Positions 12,111 through 25,066 of a stretch of 64,000 bases of DNA are shown one piece after another. This DNA is from Malacoraja senta. Its lineage: Eukaryota. The notes beneath the pieces are model-generated. The model was not told where the DNA came from and searched no databases. It was given only the letters and a program-made list of their open reading frames with translations. The DNA is taken from positions 186,001 to 250,000 of the forward strand of contig JAXLNO010000627.1 of assembly GCA_038087875.1 (NCBI GenBank), read 5' to 3'. Both the position numbers and the translations under genes were made by a program. Position 1 is the first letter of the stretch. Each line of letters begins with the position of its first letter.

Positions 12111-13699
12111 ATGAATGAATGAATGTTTAGTGGCCAAGTATGTACACATACAAGTGGTTTGCCTTGGTGCTTGCAAGTAACAACACGACATACAGTAACA
12201 ATTAAGAATGACACATAAAACATTAATAATAAAATATTACATGTGAATTAAATACCAGAGTAAAATGAGGTTACAGACTTTTCGTTGTTGAGTAGAGCTA
12301 CTACTCGTGGGGAAAAAAACAATTTTTATGTCTGGCTGTGGCGGCTTTGCCAGGCCGGATTCGTCTTCCAGAGGCAAGTGATTCAACTAGTTTGTTGCCA
12401 GGGTGAGATGATCTTACCCGCTCGCTTCCTGGTCCTTGCAGTGTTAATGGGGGGAAGGTTGCAGCCAATAACCATCTCAGCTGATCGGCCGATTCTCTGC
12501 AGCCTTCGGATGTCATGCTTGCTGGCTGAGCCAAACCAGACCATGATGGAGAAAGTGAGAACAGACTCTACGATGGCAGTATAGAAATGGACCAGCATTG
12601 CCTGTAGCAGATTGTGTTTCCTCAGCTGCCGCAAGAATTACATCCTCTGTTGGGCCTTTTTGACTATGGGGTCGATGGTGGCCCCCCCCCCATTTCATGT
12701 CCGTGGAGACGATCGTTCCAAGGAACTTAAAAGACTACAAACACGTGACTGTGGTGTTGAGTACTTGGTGTTGGTGTTGATGGTGAGTGGGGGAGGGGAG
12801 GGGAGATCGCCTAAAGTCTACTATCAATTCCACTGTCTTAAGAGCATTGGGCTCCAGGTTGTTACGTAGGCACCAGAACGCCAGCTGTGTCACTTCCTGT
12901 GTGTAGGCAGATTTATCCCCAGTCTGGATCAGTCCAATCAGCGTAATGTTGTCCAGCAAATTTGAGAAGCTTGACAGAGGAGTCCGTGGAGGTGCAGTCG
13001 TAGTGTAGAGAGAGTAAAGGGGAGGGGAGAGTATGCAGCCTTGCGGTGCTCCTATGCTGAGGGTTTGCGGGTCCGAGATGTGACTTCCCAGCCTCACATG
13101 CTGCTTCCTGTCTGTCAGAAAGTTGGTGATCCACCGACAGAGGGGTTCAGGTACAGTCAACTTGGAAAGTTTGGAGTGTAGTAGCTCTGGCACAATTGAA
13201 TGCAGAGCTAAAATCAGCAAACAAAATCCTTGCATAGGTTTTACTGGTGGTCTAGGTGCTGGAGGATGAAGTGCAGGCCTAGGATGACCGCGTCATCCAC
13301 CGATCTATTGGCCCGGTATGCAAACTGCAGACGGTCCAGTAATATTTTTCAGCTTGGCCAGCACAAGTCTTTCAAGGGTCTACAGAGGTCAGTGCGACAG
13401 GCCTCTTGTCATTAAGACCAGTGATCCTTCTCTGTTTGGGTACAGGACAATAGTGGAGACATTGAAGCAGGCAGGGACTGGACAGATTTGCAGGGACTGG
13501 TTGAAAATGGCTGTGTAGACCAGTGCCAGCTGTTCGGCACAGATCTTGAGGGTAAAGGGGGAAACATTGTCCGGTCCTAGATATTTTCGGCCTTTCTTTC
13601 TTCTTAATAGCCTCTCCACCTCCTCAATTTCTATTGGTAGTGATGGAGAAATGGCCAGACTGATGTTGGGCAGCAAGGAGGGGGTGGGTAGTGGACGAT

Positions 13700-13900
13700 G
13701 GCCCAGTCTTTGCAGATTGGAGTCAGGCTGTAAGTGGGTGTTAAGTGGTGATTGGAGACGGGTGGGTGGGTAAGTGCCCAGTCTTTACAGATTGGAGTCA
13801 GGCTGCAGGTAGGTGTGAAGTGATGGTTGGGCAGGAGTGGGTGGGGAAGGGTGCAGTCTTTGCAAACTGGGGTCAGGCTGTGAGGAGGTGTGAAGTGTTG
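13700..13900. repeat. ~75-bp tandem repeat x3 inside the Rex1 ORF2
   Basis: cagtctttRcaRaYtggRgtcaggctg recurs at ~13704, 13779 and 13854. Confidence 0.75.
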
Positions 13901-14038
13901 TTTGGGGAGTGGGGATGGGGTACCAGAGTTACGTTTATGTTTATCGAACCTGCAGTAGAACTCGTTGAGGTCGTTGGTCAGCTGACGATTGTCCAAGGAG
14001 CGGGGACTTTCCTCTTGCAGCTGATGATATCTTGCAAG

Positions 14039-14142
14039 GTAGACAAAAGTGCTGGGGAAACTCAGCGGGTGAGGCAGCATCTATGGAGCGAAGGAAATAG
14101 GCAACGTTTCGGGCCGAAACCCTTTTTCAGACTGATTCTTCA
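14039..14142 (-). mobile_element. Penelope-like terminal fragment with a mutated hammerhead core
   Basis: Reverse reads ctgaaaaagggtttcggcccgaaacgttgcc...; imperfect TSD gatatcttgcaag / gataccttgcaag. Confidence 0.65.
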
Positions 14143-14965
14143 GATACCTTGCAAGCCCTTCCAAACTGAAGAAGAGTCACTAGCTGAGAACTTGCTCCTC
14201 AACTTTCCGTTCCTTTCCTTGGCAGCTCTGATTCTTCTTCTCAGCTTGTACATGGCCTGCCTGTAGAGGTCTGCACCCAGCTCCTGTCGGCCTCATCTTT
14301 AGACTGGCGGAGCTGTCTGAGTTCTGCTGTATACCAGGGCTTGTCGTTGTTGAATCAGATCCGGGTCCTAATGGGAATGTAACTGTCCTCACAAAAGATG
14401 ACATATGATGTCACAGTGTCTGTATACTCATGGAGGCTTGTGGTTGCTTCCCTGAACACATTTCAATCCGTGCAGTCAAAGTAGGACTGTAGGTTTTCAA
14501 TGCCCTCGCTTGTCCACCTTTTCATTGTTCTGAGCACAGGCTTAGCAGATTTTAGTTTCTGCCTGTAGGTCGGAATAAGGTGAACTGAATAATGATCAGA
14601 GAGACCCAGAGCCGCCCGGGGAACGGAGCGAGATGCGTTCTTGATTGAAGTGTAACAGTGATCGAGTGTTCTCGACTCACTGGTGGGGCAGGTAACATGA
14701 AGTCTGTATTTTGGAAGGTCTCGGCTGAGGTTAACCGTGTTAAAGTCCCCCAAAACAATGACCATGGAAGTCACTCTCTACCCTCATTACCTAGTCGGCG
14801 AGTTGCGGTTGCATCTGACGTACGCAGGCTTGGGGGGATGTAAACCCCAGCGAGAATAAAAGAGGTAAATTCCCTCAGAGATTTAAAGGGTTTGCAGTTT
14901 ATAAAGAAGGATTCTAGATTGGGAGAACAGAAGTTAGACAGTACCGTGATTTCGCTACACCAGTC

Positions 14966-17900
14966 CCAAGATGGCGCCTGCCTGCGGCAACTTTTGGGGA
15001 GCACCAGAACCTAAAAGGCTTAGATACAACTTCAATCAACTCACCTGGATCAGGAAAACGGCAGAAAACGGTGCCGTTTCGGACAAGCTACTTGAGCACC
15101 TCAAGGCTCTCGCAATTTCGCGATCTTCCGCAGTTGCGGGAGCCCCGGACTTTAAATTTTCCCACGCTCGCTGTAAAACACCCGACCCGACTGAGGAACC
15201 CAGGTACGGTACCTGGGAACCCCGGGATGACCTCCAGAGCCGACGGGCTTGATCCTCCAGGAACAACGAAGCTGGAGCTGCCGATTTTGAAGGTACCCAC
15301 GTTCGTTATGGATCTGGAGCTGCCGTCGGTGAAGGAATACCCGTTCCAGCGCAGGTTCGCAGAAACAGCAGGTACAGTAGACTTAGTACCTGGAAACAAA
15401 GGGGAAGCCTCCATTGTGTCCGGAAACGTGGCCGACGGGCAGGACTTCAGGTCAGACTGAAGCGCAGGGGACTTCGGCCCCCTCTCCCTACTATCCTACT
15501 GGCCAATGTACAGTCCCTTGAAAATAAAGTGGAGGACTTAAGGGCAAGACTGCTTTATCAAAGGGAGCTGAGGGAATGCTCTGTGTTCTGTTTTACAGAG
15601 ACATGGCTCACCCCCAGCTCCCCAGACTCAGCGGCCCAGCCTGAAAGGTTCTCCATCCATCGTATGGACCGTACACTGGCATCTGGGAAAGGGAGAGGAG
15701 GGGGCGTCTGCCTCATGGTCAACTCTGCGTGGTGCTCAGACGAGGCAGTCCTGTCCAACTCCTGCTCTCCACACCTCGAACATCTGGCGGTGAAGTGCCG
15801 TCCCTTCTACCTTCCGAGGGAATTCACCTCCATCATCCTGACCGCGGTCTACATCCCACCCCAGGCAGACGTCCATCTGGCACTGGAGGAGCTGCACGCC
15901 GTGGTCAACAAACACCAGACGTCTTACCCCGAGGCATTTGCCACCATTGCTGGGGACTTCAATAAGGCAAACCTAAAGAAATCACTCCCTAACTTCCACC
16001 AACATGTCTCCTGCTGCACCAGAGGACTAAACCCCGCTCGACCCCTGCTACACCACCATCAAGAATGCCTATCGCTCTATCCCTCGCCCTCACTTCGGTA
16101 AATCCGACCATACCGCGGTGCTGCTTCTTCCTGCCTACAGGCAGCAATTGAAGAGCGCACCCCAAAGGTGAGGACAGTACAGAGCTGGTCGGGGGGGGGG
16201 GGGCAGAGGAACAACTCCAGGACTGTTTGGAGTCTGTAGACTGGGCAATGTTCAAGGACTCGGCAACAGACCTGAACGAATACGGCACCTTCGTTACAGA
16301 CCTCATTAAGAAATGTGTGGAGGACTGCATCCCTACAAAAACCTTCCGAGTGTTTCCCAATCAGAAACCTTGGATGAACTTTGAGATCCGCACTCTTCTG
16401 AAGTCCAGACACCGGGCATTCACGTCCGATGATACAGTGGTCTACAAGAAGTCCAGATACGACCTTGATAAGGCCATCAAAAAGGCCAAAAGGGACTTCT
16501 GCTCCAAACTGGAGGCTGAGACAGATGTTCAGCAGCTGTGGCAGGGCCTGAATGCAATCACCTCCTACAAAGCGAAACCAGGAGGCAGCTCGAATGTCGG
16601 CGAAACATCACTCCCTGATGAGCTCAATGCGTTTTACGCACGTTTTGATAGGGAGAATACTGATGTGCCTTCCCGAGCCCCCATTCGCTGTGTTGGTATT
16701 TCAGTCTCAGTCACAGAGGCCGACATCAGGAATTCCTTCAGAGGGGTGAACCCTCGAAAAGCGCCTGGACCTGATGGTATACCCGGTCGTGTTCTAAAAA
16801 CCTGTGCGGACCAACTGGCTGGAGTTTTTACGGACATTTTCAACCTCTCACTTCTGAGGTCTGGGGTCCCCACCTGGTTTAAAAGGGCATCAATTATACG
16901 AGTGCCCAAGAAGAGTAAGTTGACGTGCCTCAATGACTATCGACCAGTGGCACTAAGGCCTGTGGTGATGAAGTGCTTTGAGAGGTTGATCATGGAGCAA
17001 ATCAATTCTTAACTCGACAAAAACCTGGACCCACTGCAGTTTGCCTACCGCCACAACATGTCAACGGTGGATGCGATCTCGCTGGCCCTCCACTCAACTC
17101 TGGACCACTTGGACAACAAAAACTCATATGTCAGGCTGTTATTCATCGATTACAGCTCGGCATGTAACACAATCATCCCCTCCAAGCTGGTTACCAAACT
17201 CGCAGAACTGGGTCTCTGCGCATCCCTCTGCAAATGAATCCTCGACTTCCTCATTCACAGACCACAGTCTGTTCGTATTGGTGGAAATGTGTCAGACTCG
17301 ATAACAATCAGCACGGGAGCACCTCAAGGCTGCGTGCTCAGCCCCCAGCTGTACTCGCTCTATACTCATGACTGCATAGCCGGACACAGTGCCAACTCCA
17401 TCAAGTTCGCTGACGACACCACTGTTGTGGGACGTATCACTGATGTGGATGAGTCAGAGTATAGAAGAGAGATCGAGCAACTGTCCATATGGTGCCAGCA
17501 CAATAACCTGGCCCTCAACACCAGCAAAACCAAGGAACTGATTGTGGACTTTGGAAGGAGTAGGATGGGGACCCACAGTCCCGTTTATATCAACAGGTCG
17601 ATGGTTGAAAGGGTCAAGAGCTTCAAATTCATGGGCGTGCACATCTCTGAAGATCTTTCCTGGTCCGAGAACACTAATGCAATTATCAATAAAGTACATC
17701 AGCGCCTCTACTTCCTGAGAAGATTACGGAGAGTCGGTTTGTCAAGGAGGACTCTCTCTAACGCCTAGAGGTGCACAGTAGAGAGCATGCTGACCGGTTG
17801 CATCGTGGCTTGGTTCGGCAACTTGAGCGACCTGGAGAGGAAAAGACTACAAAAAGTAGTAAACACTGCCCAGTCCATCATCGGCTCTGACCTTCCTTCC

Positions 17901-20900
17901 ATCGAGGGGATTTATCGCAGTCGCTGCCTCAAAAAGGCTGGCAGTATCAGCAAAGTCCCACACCATCCTGGCCACACACTCATCTCCCTGCTACCATAGA
18001 AACATAGAAAATAGGTGCAGGAGTAGGCCATTCGACCCTTCGAACCTGCGCGGCCATTCAATATGATCATGGCTGATCATCCAACTCAGTATCCCGTGCC
18101 TGCCTTCTCTCCATACCCCCTGATCCCTTTAGCCACAAGGGCCACATCTAACTCCCTCTTAAATATAGCCAATGAACTGGCCTCAACTACCTGCTGTGGC
18201 AGAGAATTCCAGAGATTCACCACTCTCTGTGTGAAAAATGTTTTTCTCATCTCGGTCCTAAAAGACTTCCCCCTTATCCTTAAACTGTGACCCTTGTTCT
18301 GGACTTCCCCAACATTGGGAACAATCTTCCTGCATCTAGTCTGTCCAACCCCTTAAGAATTTTGTAAGTTTCTATAAGATCCCCCCTCAATCTTCTAAAT
18401 TCTAGCGAGTACAAGCCGAGTCTATCCAGTCTTTCTTCATATGAAAGTCCTGACATCCCAGGAATCAGTCTGATGAACCTTCTCTGTACTCCCTCTATGG
18501 CAAGAATGTCTTTCCTCAGATTTGGAGACCAAAACTGTACGCAATACTCCAGTTGTGGACTCACCAAGACCCTGTACAACTGCAGTAGAACCTCCCTGCT
18601 CCTATACTCAAATCCTTTTGCTATGAATGCTAACATACCATTCGCTTTCTTCACTGCCTGCTACACCTGCATGCCTACTTTCAATGACTGGTGTACCATG
18701 ACACCCAGGTCTCGTTGCATCTCCACTTTTCCTAATCGGCCACCATTCAGATAATAGTCTACTTTCCTGTTTTTGCCACCAAAGTGGATAACCTCACATT
18801 TATCCACATTATACTGCATCTGCCATGCATTTGCCCACTCACCCAACCTATCCAAGTCACCTTGCATCATCCTAACATCCTCCTCACAGCTAACACTGAC
18901 CCCCAGCTTCGTGTCATCCGCAAACTTGGAGATGTTGCATTCAATTCCCTCGTCCAAATCATTAATATATATATTGTAAATAGCTGGGGTCCCAGCACTG
19001 GGCCTTGCGGTACCCCACTAGTCACTGCCTGCCATTCTGAAAAGGACCCGTTTACTCCTGCTCTTTGCTTCCTGTCTGCCAGCCAGTTATCTATCCACAT
19101 CAATACTGAACCCCCAATACCGTGTGCTTTAAGTTTGTATACTAATCTCTTATGTGGGACCTTGTCGAAAGCCTTCTCAAAGTCCAGATATAACACATCC
19201 ATTGGTTCTCCCTTATCCACTCTACTAGGTACATCCTCGAAACATTCTATAAGATTCGTCAGACATGATTTACCTTTCATAAATCCATGCTGACTTTGTC
19301 CAATGATTTCACCACTTTCCAAATGTGCTGCTATCCCATCTTTAATAACTGACTCTAGCAGTTTCCCCACTACCGATGTTAGACTAACTGGTCTGTTATT
19401 CCCCGTTTTCTCTCTCCCTCCCTTTTTAAAAAGTGGGTTACATTAGCTACCCTCCAATCCTCAGGAACTACTCCAGAATCTAAAGAGTTTTGAAAAATTA
19501 TCACCAATGCATCCACTATTTCTGGGCCTACTTCCTTAAGTACTCTGGTATGCAGCCTATCTGGCCCTGGGGATTTATCGGCCTTTAATCCATTCAATTT
19601 ACCTAACACCACTTCCCGGCTAACCTGGATTTCACTCAGTTCCTCCATCTCATTTGACCCCCGGCCCCTGCTATTTCCGGCAGATTGTTTTTGTCTTCCC
19701 TAGTGAAGACAGAACCAAAGTAGTTATTCAATTGGTCTGCCATGTCCTTATTCCCCATGATGAATTCACCTGTTTCTGACTGCAAGGGACCTACATTTGT
19801 TTTAACTAATCTTTTTCTCTTCACATATCTATAAACACTTTTGCAGTCAGCTTTTATGTTCCCTGCCAGTTTTCTTTCATAATCTATTTTCTCTTTCCTA
19901 ATTAAGCCCTTTGTCCTGCTCAGCTGGACTCTGAATTTCTCCCAGTCTTCTGGTAGGTTGCTTTTTCTGGCAAATATGTATGCTACATCTTTTGTTTTGA
20001 TACTATCCCTGATTTCCCTTGTTATCCACGGATGCACTACCTACCCTGATTTATTCTTTTGCCAAACTGGGATGAACAATTGTTGTAGTTCATCCATGCG
20101 GTCTTTAAATGCCTTCCATTGCATATCCACCGTCAACCCTTTAAGAATCAATTGCCAGTCTATCTTGGCCAATTCACGTCTCATACCCTCAGAGTCACAT
20201 CCCTTTAAGTTCAGAACCCTTGTTTCTGAATTAATTATGTCACTCTCAATCCTAATGAAGAACTCAACCATATTATGGTCACTCTTGCCCAAGGGGCCAC
20301 GCACAACAAGACTGCTAACTAACCCTTCCTTATTACTCAATACCCAGTCCAGAATAGCCTGCTCTCTCGTTGGTTCCTCTACATGTTGGTTTAGAAAACT
20401 ATCCCGCATACATTCCAAGAAATCCTCTTCCTCAGCACCCCTGCCAATTTGATTCACCCAATCTATATGTAGATTGAAGTCACCCATTATTACTGTTTTA
20501 CCTTTGTTGCGCGCATTTCTAATTTCCTGTTTGATGCCATCCCCAACTCCACTACTACTCTTAGGTGGTCTGTACACAACTCCCACTAGCGTTTTCTGCC
20601 CCTTAGTGTTTCGCAGCTCTACCCATATCGATTCCACATCCTGCAAGCTAATGTCCTTCCTTTTTATTGCGTTAATCTCCTCTCTAACCAGCAACGCAAC
20701 CCCACCTCGTTTTCCTTTCTGTCTATCCCGCCTGAATATTGAATATCCCTGGAAGTTCAACTCCCAGCCTTGTTCACCCTGGAGCCATGACTCCGTGATC
20801 CCAACTATATCTTATTCATTAATAACTGTCTGCACATTCACTTGCATTGAGACACAAAGCCTTCAGGCTTGTTTTTACAACACTCTTACCCCATATACAA

Positions 20901-21596
20901 TTATGTTGAAAAGTGGCCCTTTTTGATTTTTGCCCTGGATTTGTCTGCCTGCCACTTTTACTTTTCACCTTGCTACCTATTGCTTCTACCCTCATTTTAC
21001 ACCCCCTCTGTCTCTCTGCTCACACATTTAAGAAACCCACCACCTCTAATTATCTGTTTATTATATTTTTATTCTTTCTCTCCTACGTTGGGTCTGAGTG
21101 CTTCCCTTCTATGCCTCCTGCCTCACACACTGTCTACTAGCTTTCTCTATTTGAGTCCCTCCCCCCAACCGTTCTAGTTTACTGTCTCCCCAGTAGCCTT
21201 TGAAAATCTCCCCGCCAGGATGTTGGTCCCCCTCGGGTTCAAGTGCAACCCGTCCTTTTTGTGCAGGTCACACCTTCCCCAAAAGAGGTCCCAGGTAGAC
21301 GGTACAGGGGCCTGAAGACTGCAACAATCAGGTTCAGGAATAGCTACTTCCCCACAGGCATCAGGCTATTACACCTGGCTCGGACAAAACTCTGATCATT
21401 AATAACCCATTAGCTGTTATTTGCAGTTTATCAGTCTATTTATTCATGTGTGTATATATTTATATAATGGTATATGGACACACTGATCTGTTTTGTATTA
21501 AATGCCTACTATGTTCTGTGTGCTGAAGCAAAGCAAGAATTTCATTGTCCTATCAGGGACACATGACAATAAACTCACTTGAACTTGAACTTGAAG
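14966..21596 (+). mobile_element. Near full-length Rex1/Babar-type LINE (APE + RT), split by a nested CR1
   Basis: 5' CAAGATGGCG start; [28 protein letters not shown]; resumes at 21292 (GRRY..RFRNSYFP); (CTTGAA)n tail. Confidence 0.9.
17995..21291 (-). mobile_element. CR1 LINE (ORF1 esterase end + ORF2), disrupted, nested in Rex1
   Basis: DGLHLNPRG, GDFN, SDHN, GVPQG, FADDTK; (CATAGAAA)n tail. Confidence 0.92.
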
Positions 21597-22214
21597 TCAC
21601 AGAGGGATATGCGATTAATGCATTGAAATGGCAATAGTATAGATTGGCATGATGATCGGTAAAGACGTAGTTGACCAAAGAGCCTGTTTCCATGCAGGAC
21701 AATGATGACACTAGGTATAGTCAAAATATCATTAAATAAACTTGAAGTGTACCGAAAAGGAACACGGCTGGGTTAGCCCAGCATTGTGCTGAGAGGAGAC
21801 ATTCCCACCCAGTCTAAAGTATTGCCGTGCACATATATAGAACGGCGCTTGTGGATCTGAGAGGAGCATTCTCACCCAGAGAATGTTGAGTATCCGAAAT
21901 ACACTGCTTGAGAGAGTGGTTGAAGCAGAGTCGCTGCAGCTTTTTAGAAGTGTCTAGGCGGGTAATTCAATCAACTGTGTCTACGCAGAAAGTGCCGCGA
22001 TGTGTATGTATCGGCCGAAGTGCTGGTGCTAATGGTTGGTTCCCATGCTGTACGACTCTGCCCGCCAGCACTATACTGTCCTATACTGTCAGATATTCGA
22101 CACGTCGGGTTTTCAGATATTCGACCCGCCGAACAACCGCGCCGTGGTCCGGAAACCAACCCCCCCCCCCCCCCCGCGTAGGTCCGAATCACATAGTGAT
22201 CATATAGCCACCAT

Positions 22215-22650
22215 GTCATAAGTTAGCAGTAGAATTAGGCCATTGGCCCGTCGAGTCTACTCCGCCATTCAATCATGGCTGATCTATCTCTCCCTCCTAA
22301 TCCAATTCTTCTGTCCTCTCCCCATAACCTCTGACACCTGTACTAATCAAGAATCTATCTGCCTCTGCTTTAAAAATATCCACTGACTTGGCCTCCACAG
22401 CCTTCTGTGGCAATGAATTCCACAGTCACCACCCTCTGACTAAATAAATGTATCTTCATCTCCTTCCTAAAATAACGTCCTTTAATTCTGAGGCTATGAC
22501 CTCTAGTCCTAGACTCTCCCACGAGAGGAAACATCCTCTCCACATCCACTCTACCCAAGCCTTTCACTATTCTGTATTGTTCAATGAGGTCCCCTAATTC
22601 TTCTGAACACCAGCGAGTACAGGCCCAGTGCCGACAAACGCTAATGATAG
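22215..22650 (-). mobile_element. CR1 3' fragment
   Basis: MFPLVGESRTRGHSLRIKG and 3' UTR. Confidence 0.8.
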
Positions 22651-22659
22651 GCTAACCAA

Positions 22660-23340
22660 CTGATTCCTCGCCCCCACAGAACGCCCAGGAGGCTGCAGAA
22701 AAGATGGTCGGCGAAGCCAGCCTGGGCCGAATGGAGCCTCAATTGCAGCGTTGAGCATCGGTGACGGTGGGGCCTCGGCATCGGTGAGGTATCGGCGGCA
22801 GTGAAGCCTCGCGGCGATGGAGCCTCGGCGGTGGTGAAGCCTCGCGGCGATGGGGTCTCGGCGGTGGTGAAGCTTCGCGGCGATGGGGTCTCGGCGGCGG
22901 TGGCGACGCGTCGCAGCGATGGAGCCTCGGCGGCGGTGAAGCTTCGCGGCGATACGGCCTCGGCGGCGGTGGTGAAGCGTCGCGGCGATACGGCCTCGCC
23001 GGTGGTGAAGCGTCGCGGTGGCGGCGACGCCTAGCGAGTCCACCCGTGGTCGGCGGTCGATGAGAACGTGTGGGGACCGCCGTGAGGTGGGATGGGAAGA
23101 GCAACGGGGGACCCGGCGTAGGGGGCCACCGTGATGGAGGGGGGGGGGCAATGGACATTGGGGACCCGTCGTGGGGGGAACCGTTGTGGGGGAGAGGGGA
23201 GAACAAAGAAGGAGCCAGTTTAATTTGTTACTTTGTCAGCGTCGTAGGTGCTGCTATTTGCATACTTTGTGTATGTAAGCAAAGTATTTCACTGTGCCTT
23301 GTTAAACGTGACACCAAATATTCCATTCTATCCCATAACA
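22660..23340 (+). mobile_element. Non-autonomous GC-rich element with an internal ~30-33-bp tandem array and a Rex1-like 3' tail
   Basis: Units ggtggtgaagcYtcgcggcgatRSggcctcggc at 22790-23030; tail ...atttcactgtgcc...gtgac...tattccattc; mirror at ~55945-56620. Confidence 0.55.
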
Positions 23341-24371
23341 TAGTGTCATTTGTCCTCTGGACATGATCGTTATCTCCGTCCTTGCACTGTTCTCTTTGGC
23401 ATTACCGCCAGAGTTTTTCTGCTGCAAAAACTGAAGGCAGAAGGAGAAGAGGCATCTTGCTGCAAGTAAGAATCTGTCTAAAAAAGCAATAGGATTTAAA
23501 AAATCTGCGGGAAGAAGTTAGAGTTGCCGTTTCAGAGTAGGGTCAAGGAAAGTGCGTTCACGTCGCGGCCCTGTTTTCACCAATCTTTCCACCACCACGC
23601 ACAAGAAGCACAAGACAGACACCATTGTATGCAGATGCCAAGAAGTGTGTTCAGCTCTGGCTGAAGTACTTCTAATCTTGTGTGTGGACTCGATAAGGAG
23701 AAGAAGTTTCAGAATGCTAATTGTGGGGGCAGGAGATTAGAGTGAAACAGGCGTCCGATAGGCTTAGCTGGAGATTGTTTGGAGCAAATCAAAGGGAAGT
23801 CAGGCTAGCAGAGCGGCCTATTGGGAGCGGCCGTGTTCAGGGAACTGTCGTGTGGACGAAAAGTGAGTCTTGAGGCTTTGACTCAAGAGGCTTCGATGAG
23901 AAGGGATGAGGAGAGAGGAGCGGACCTGCAAGACCCAGAGCAACAGCAAGTGGGAAGCTTCGTGAAGGATTATGAGATACGTAAAGGAGACATGCAGGAT
24001 CACGCGATGTGCTGCAGTTGCATTATGTGGGAGCTGGTGGACCCCTTGGTCAATCCTGGTGACCACATCTGTAGCAAATGCTGGTTGAGTTGAGAACTAA
24101 TACTGAAGGTGGACGACCTGGAGTCTGAGCTACAAACGCTGAGGCACATCGAGGATGGGGAGAATTACCTGGACGCTGTGTTTATGGAGGTAGTTACACC
24201 TGCCAGAGTAACTGCTTCCAACGTGGTCCATGGTGACGTTGAGGGTGTGACTGCTAGTGAGGCAGGCAGGGGAACAGAGGTGAGGACTGAATGGAGGACT
24301 GTATGAAGGATGAGCAACTTGACCAGGGCACAATGGTTCAGGGGGCCATCCGAGAGGGTACAAGAGCAGGA

Positions 24372-24525
24372 GTAGAGAGAGCTCTTAGGGCAAGCGGAAT
24401 GAAGGGGTATGGGGAGAAGGCAGGAACGGTGTACTGATTGTGGATGATCAGCCATGATCACATTGAATGGCGGTGATGGCTCGAAGGACAGAATGACCTA
24501 CTTCTGCACCTATTGTCTATGTATC
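24372..24525 (+). mobile_element. Short CR1 3'-end insertion inside CR1 ORF1
   Basis: gatcagccatgatcacattgaatggcgg...ctattgtctatgtatctatg. Confidence 0.7.
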
Positions 24526-24927
24526 TATGTGAGGAAGAAAACGTATTTGTCATTAGGGATAGTATAGTTGGAGGCTTTGTCACTGTTTTCTGTAGCGAGG
24601 ATCGAGAGTTCCGAAGGCTGTGTTGCCTCCCTGGTGCCCGAGTTCAGGACATCTCGTCTGACCTGCAGAGGAACGTGGGGTGGGAGGGAAAATATCCGGT
24701 CGTCGTGGTCTATGTTGTTACCATTGGCCTAGGTAGAACGGGGAAATTAAAGGATTTTGAGCAGCCAGGTACCAAATTGAAAAGAAGAACCAATAAGTTA
24801 ATAATCTCTGGATTGCTGCCCGAGCCGTGGCGTGGGATTGAGAGGATTAGAGTGTTGAATACGAGTTAAATACGTGCCTCAAAGACGGGTATGGAAGAAG
24901 TGCTTTTGAATGTGTAGGACATTGGCA

Positions 24928-25066
24928 TTCAGACATTCTCTGAAGAAGGGTCTCGACCCGAAACGTCGCCAATTGCTTCTCTCCTTAGATGCTGCCACAC
25001 CCGCTGAGTTACTCCAGCATTTTGTGTCTACCTTCGATTTACCAGCATCTGCAGTTCGTTCTTAAA
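24928..25066 (+). mobile_element. Penelope-like terminal fragment with a minimal hammerhead ribozyme core
   Basis: CTGAAGA-A-GGGTC-TC-GACCC-GAAAC-GTC at 24940-24967; ~9-bp TSD acattg(g/c)ca; mirror core at 54318-54345. Confidence 0.7.

Larger units (their letters stand above)
12111..14965 (-). mobile_element. Rex1/Babar-type LINE, disrupted ORF2
   Basis: VIVLGDFN, TLDHCY, GAPQGCILSP, IVESVLTFSIMVWFG; (ATGA)n tail at 12111. Confidence 0.88.

Noticed and set aside
22594..23206. His/Arg- and Pro-rich ORFs of 155-185 aa (mirror 56127-56621)
   Set aside because: Arise from a GC-rich tandem array open in several frames; no domain or splice support
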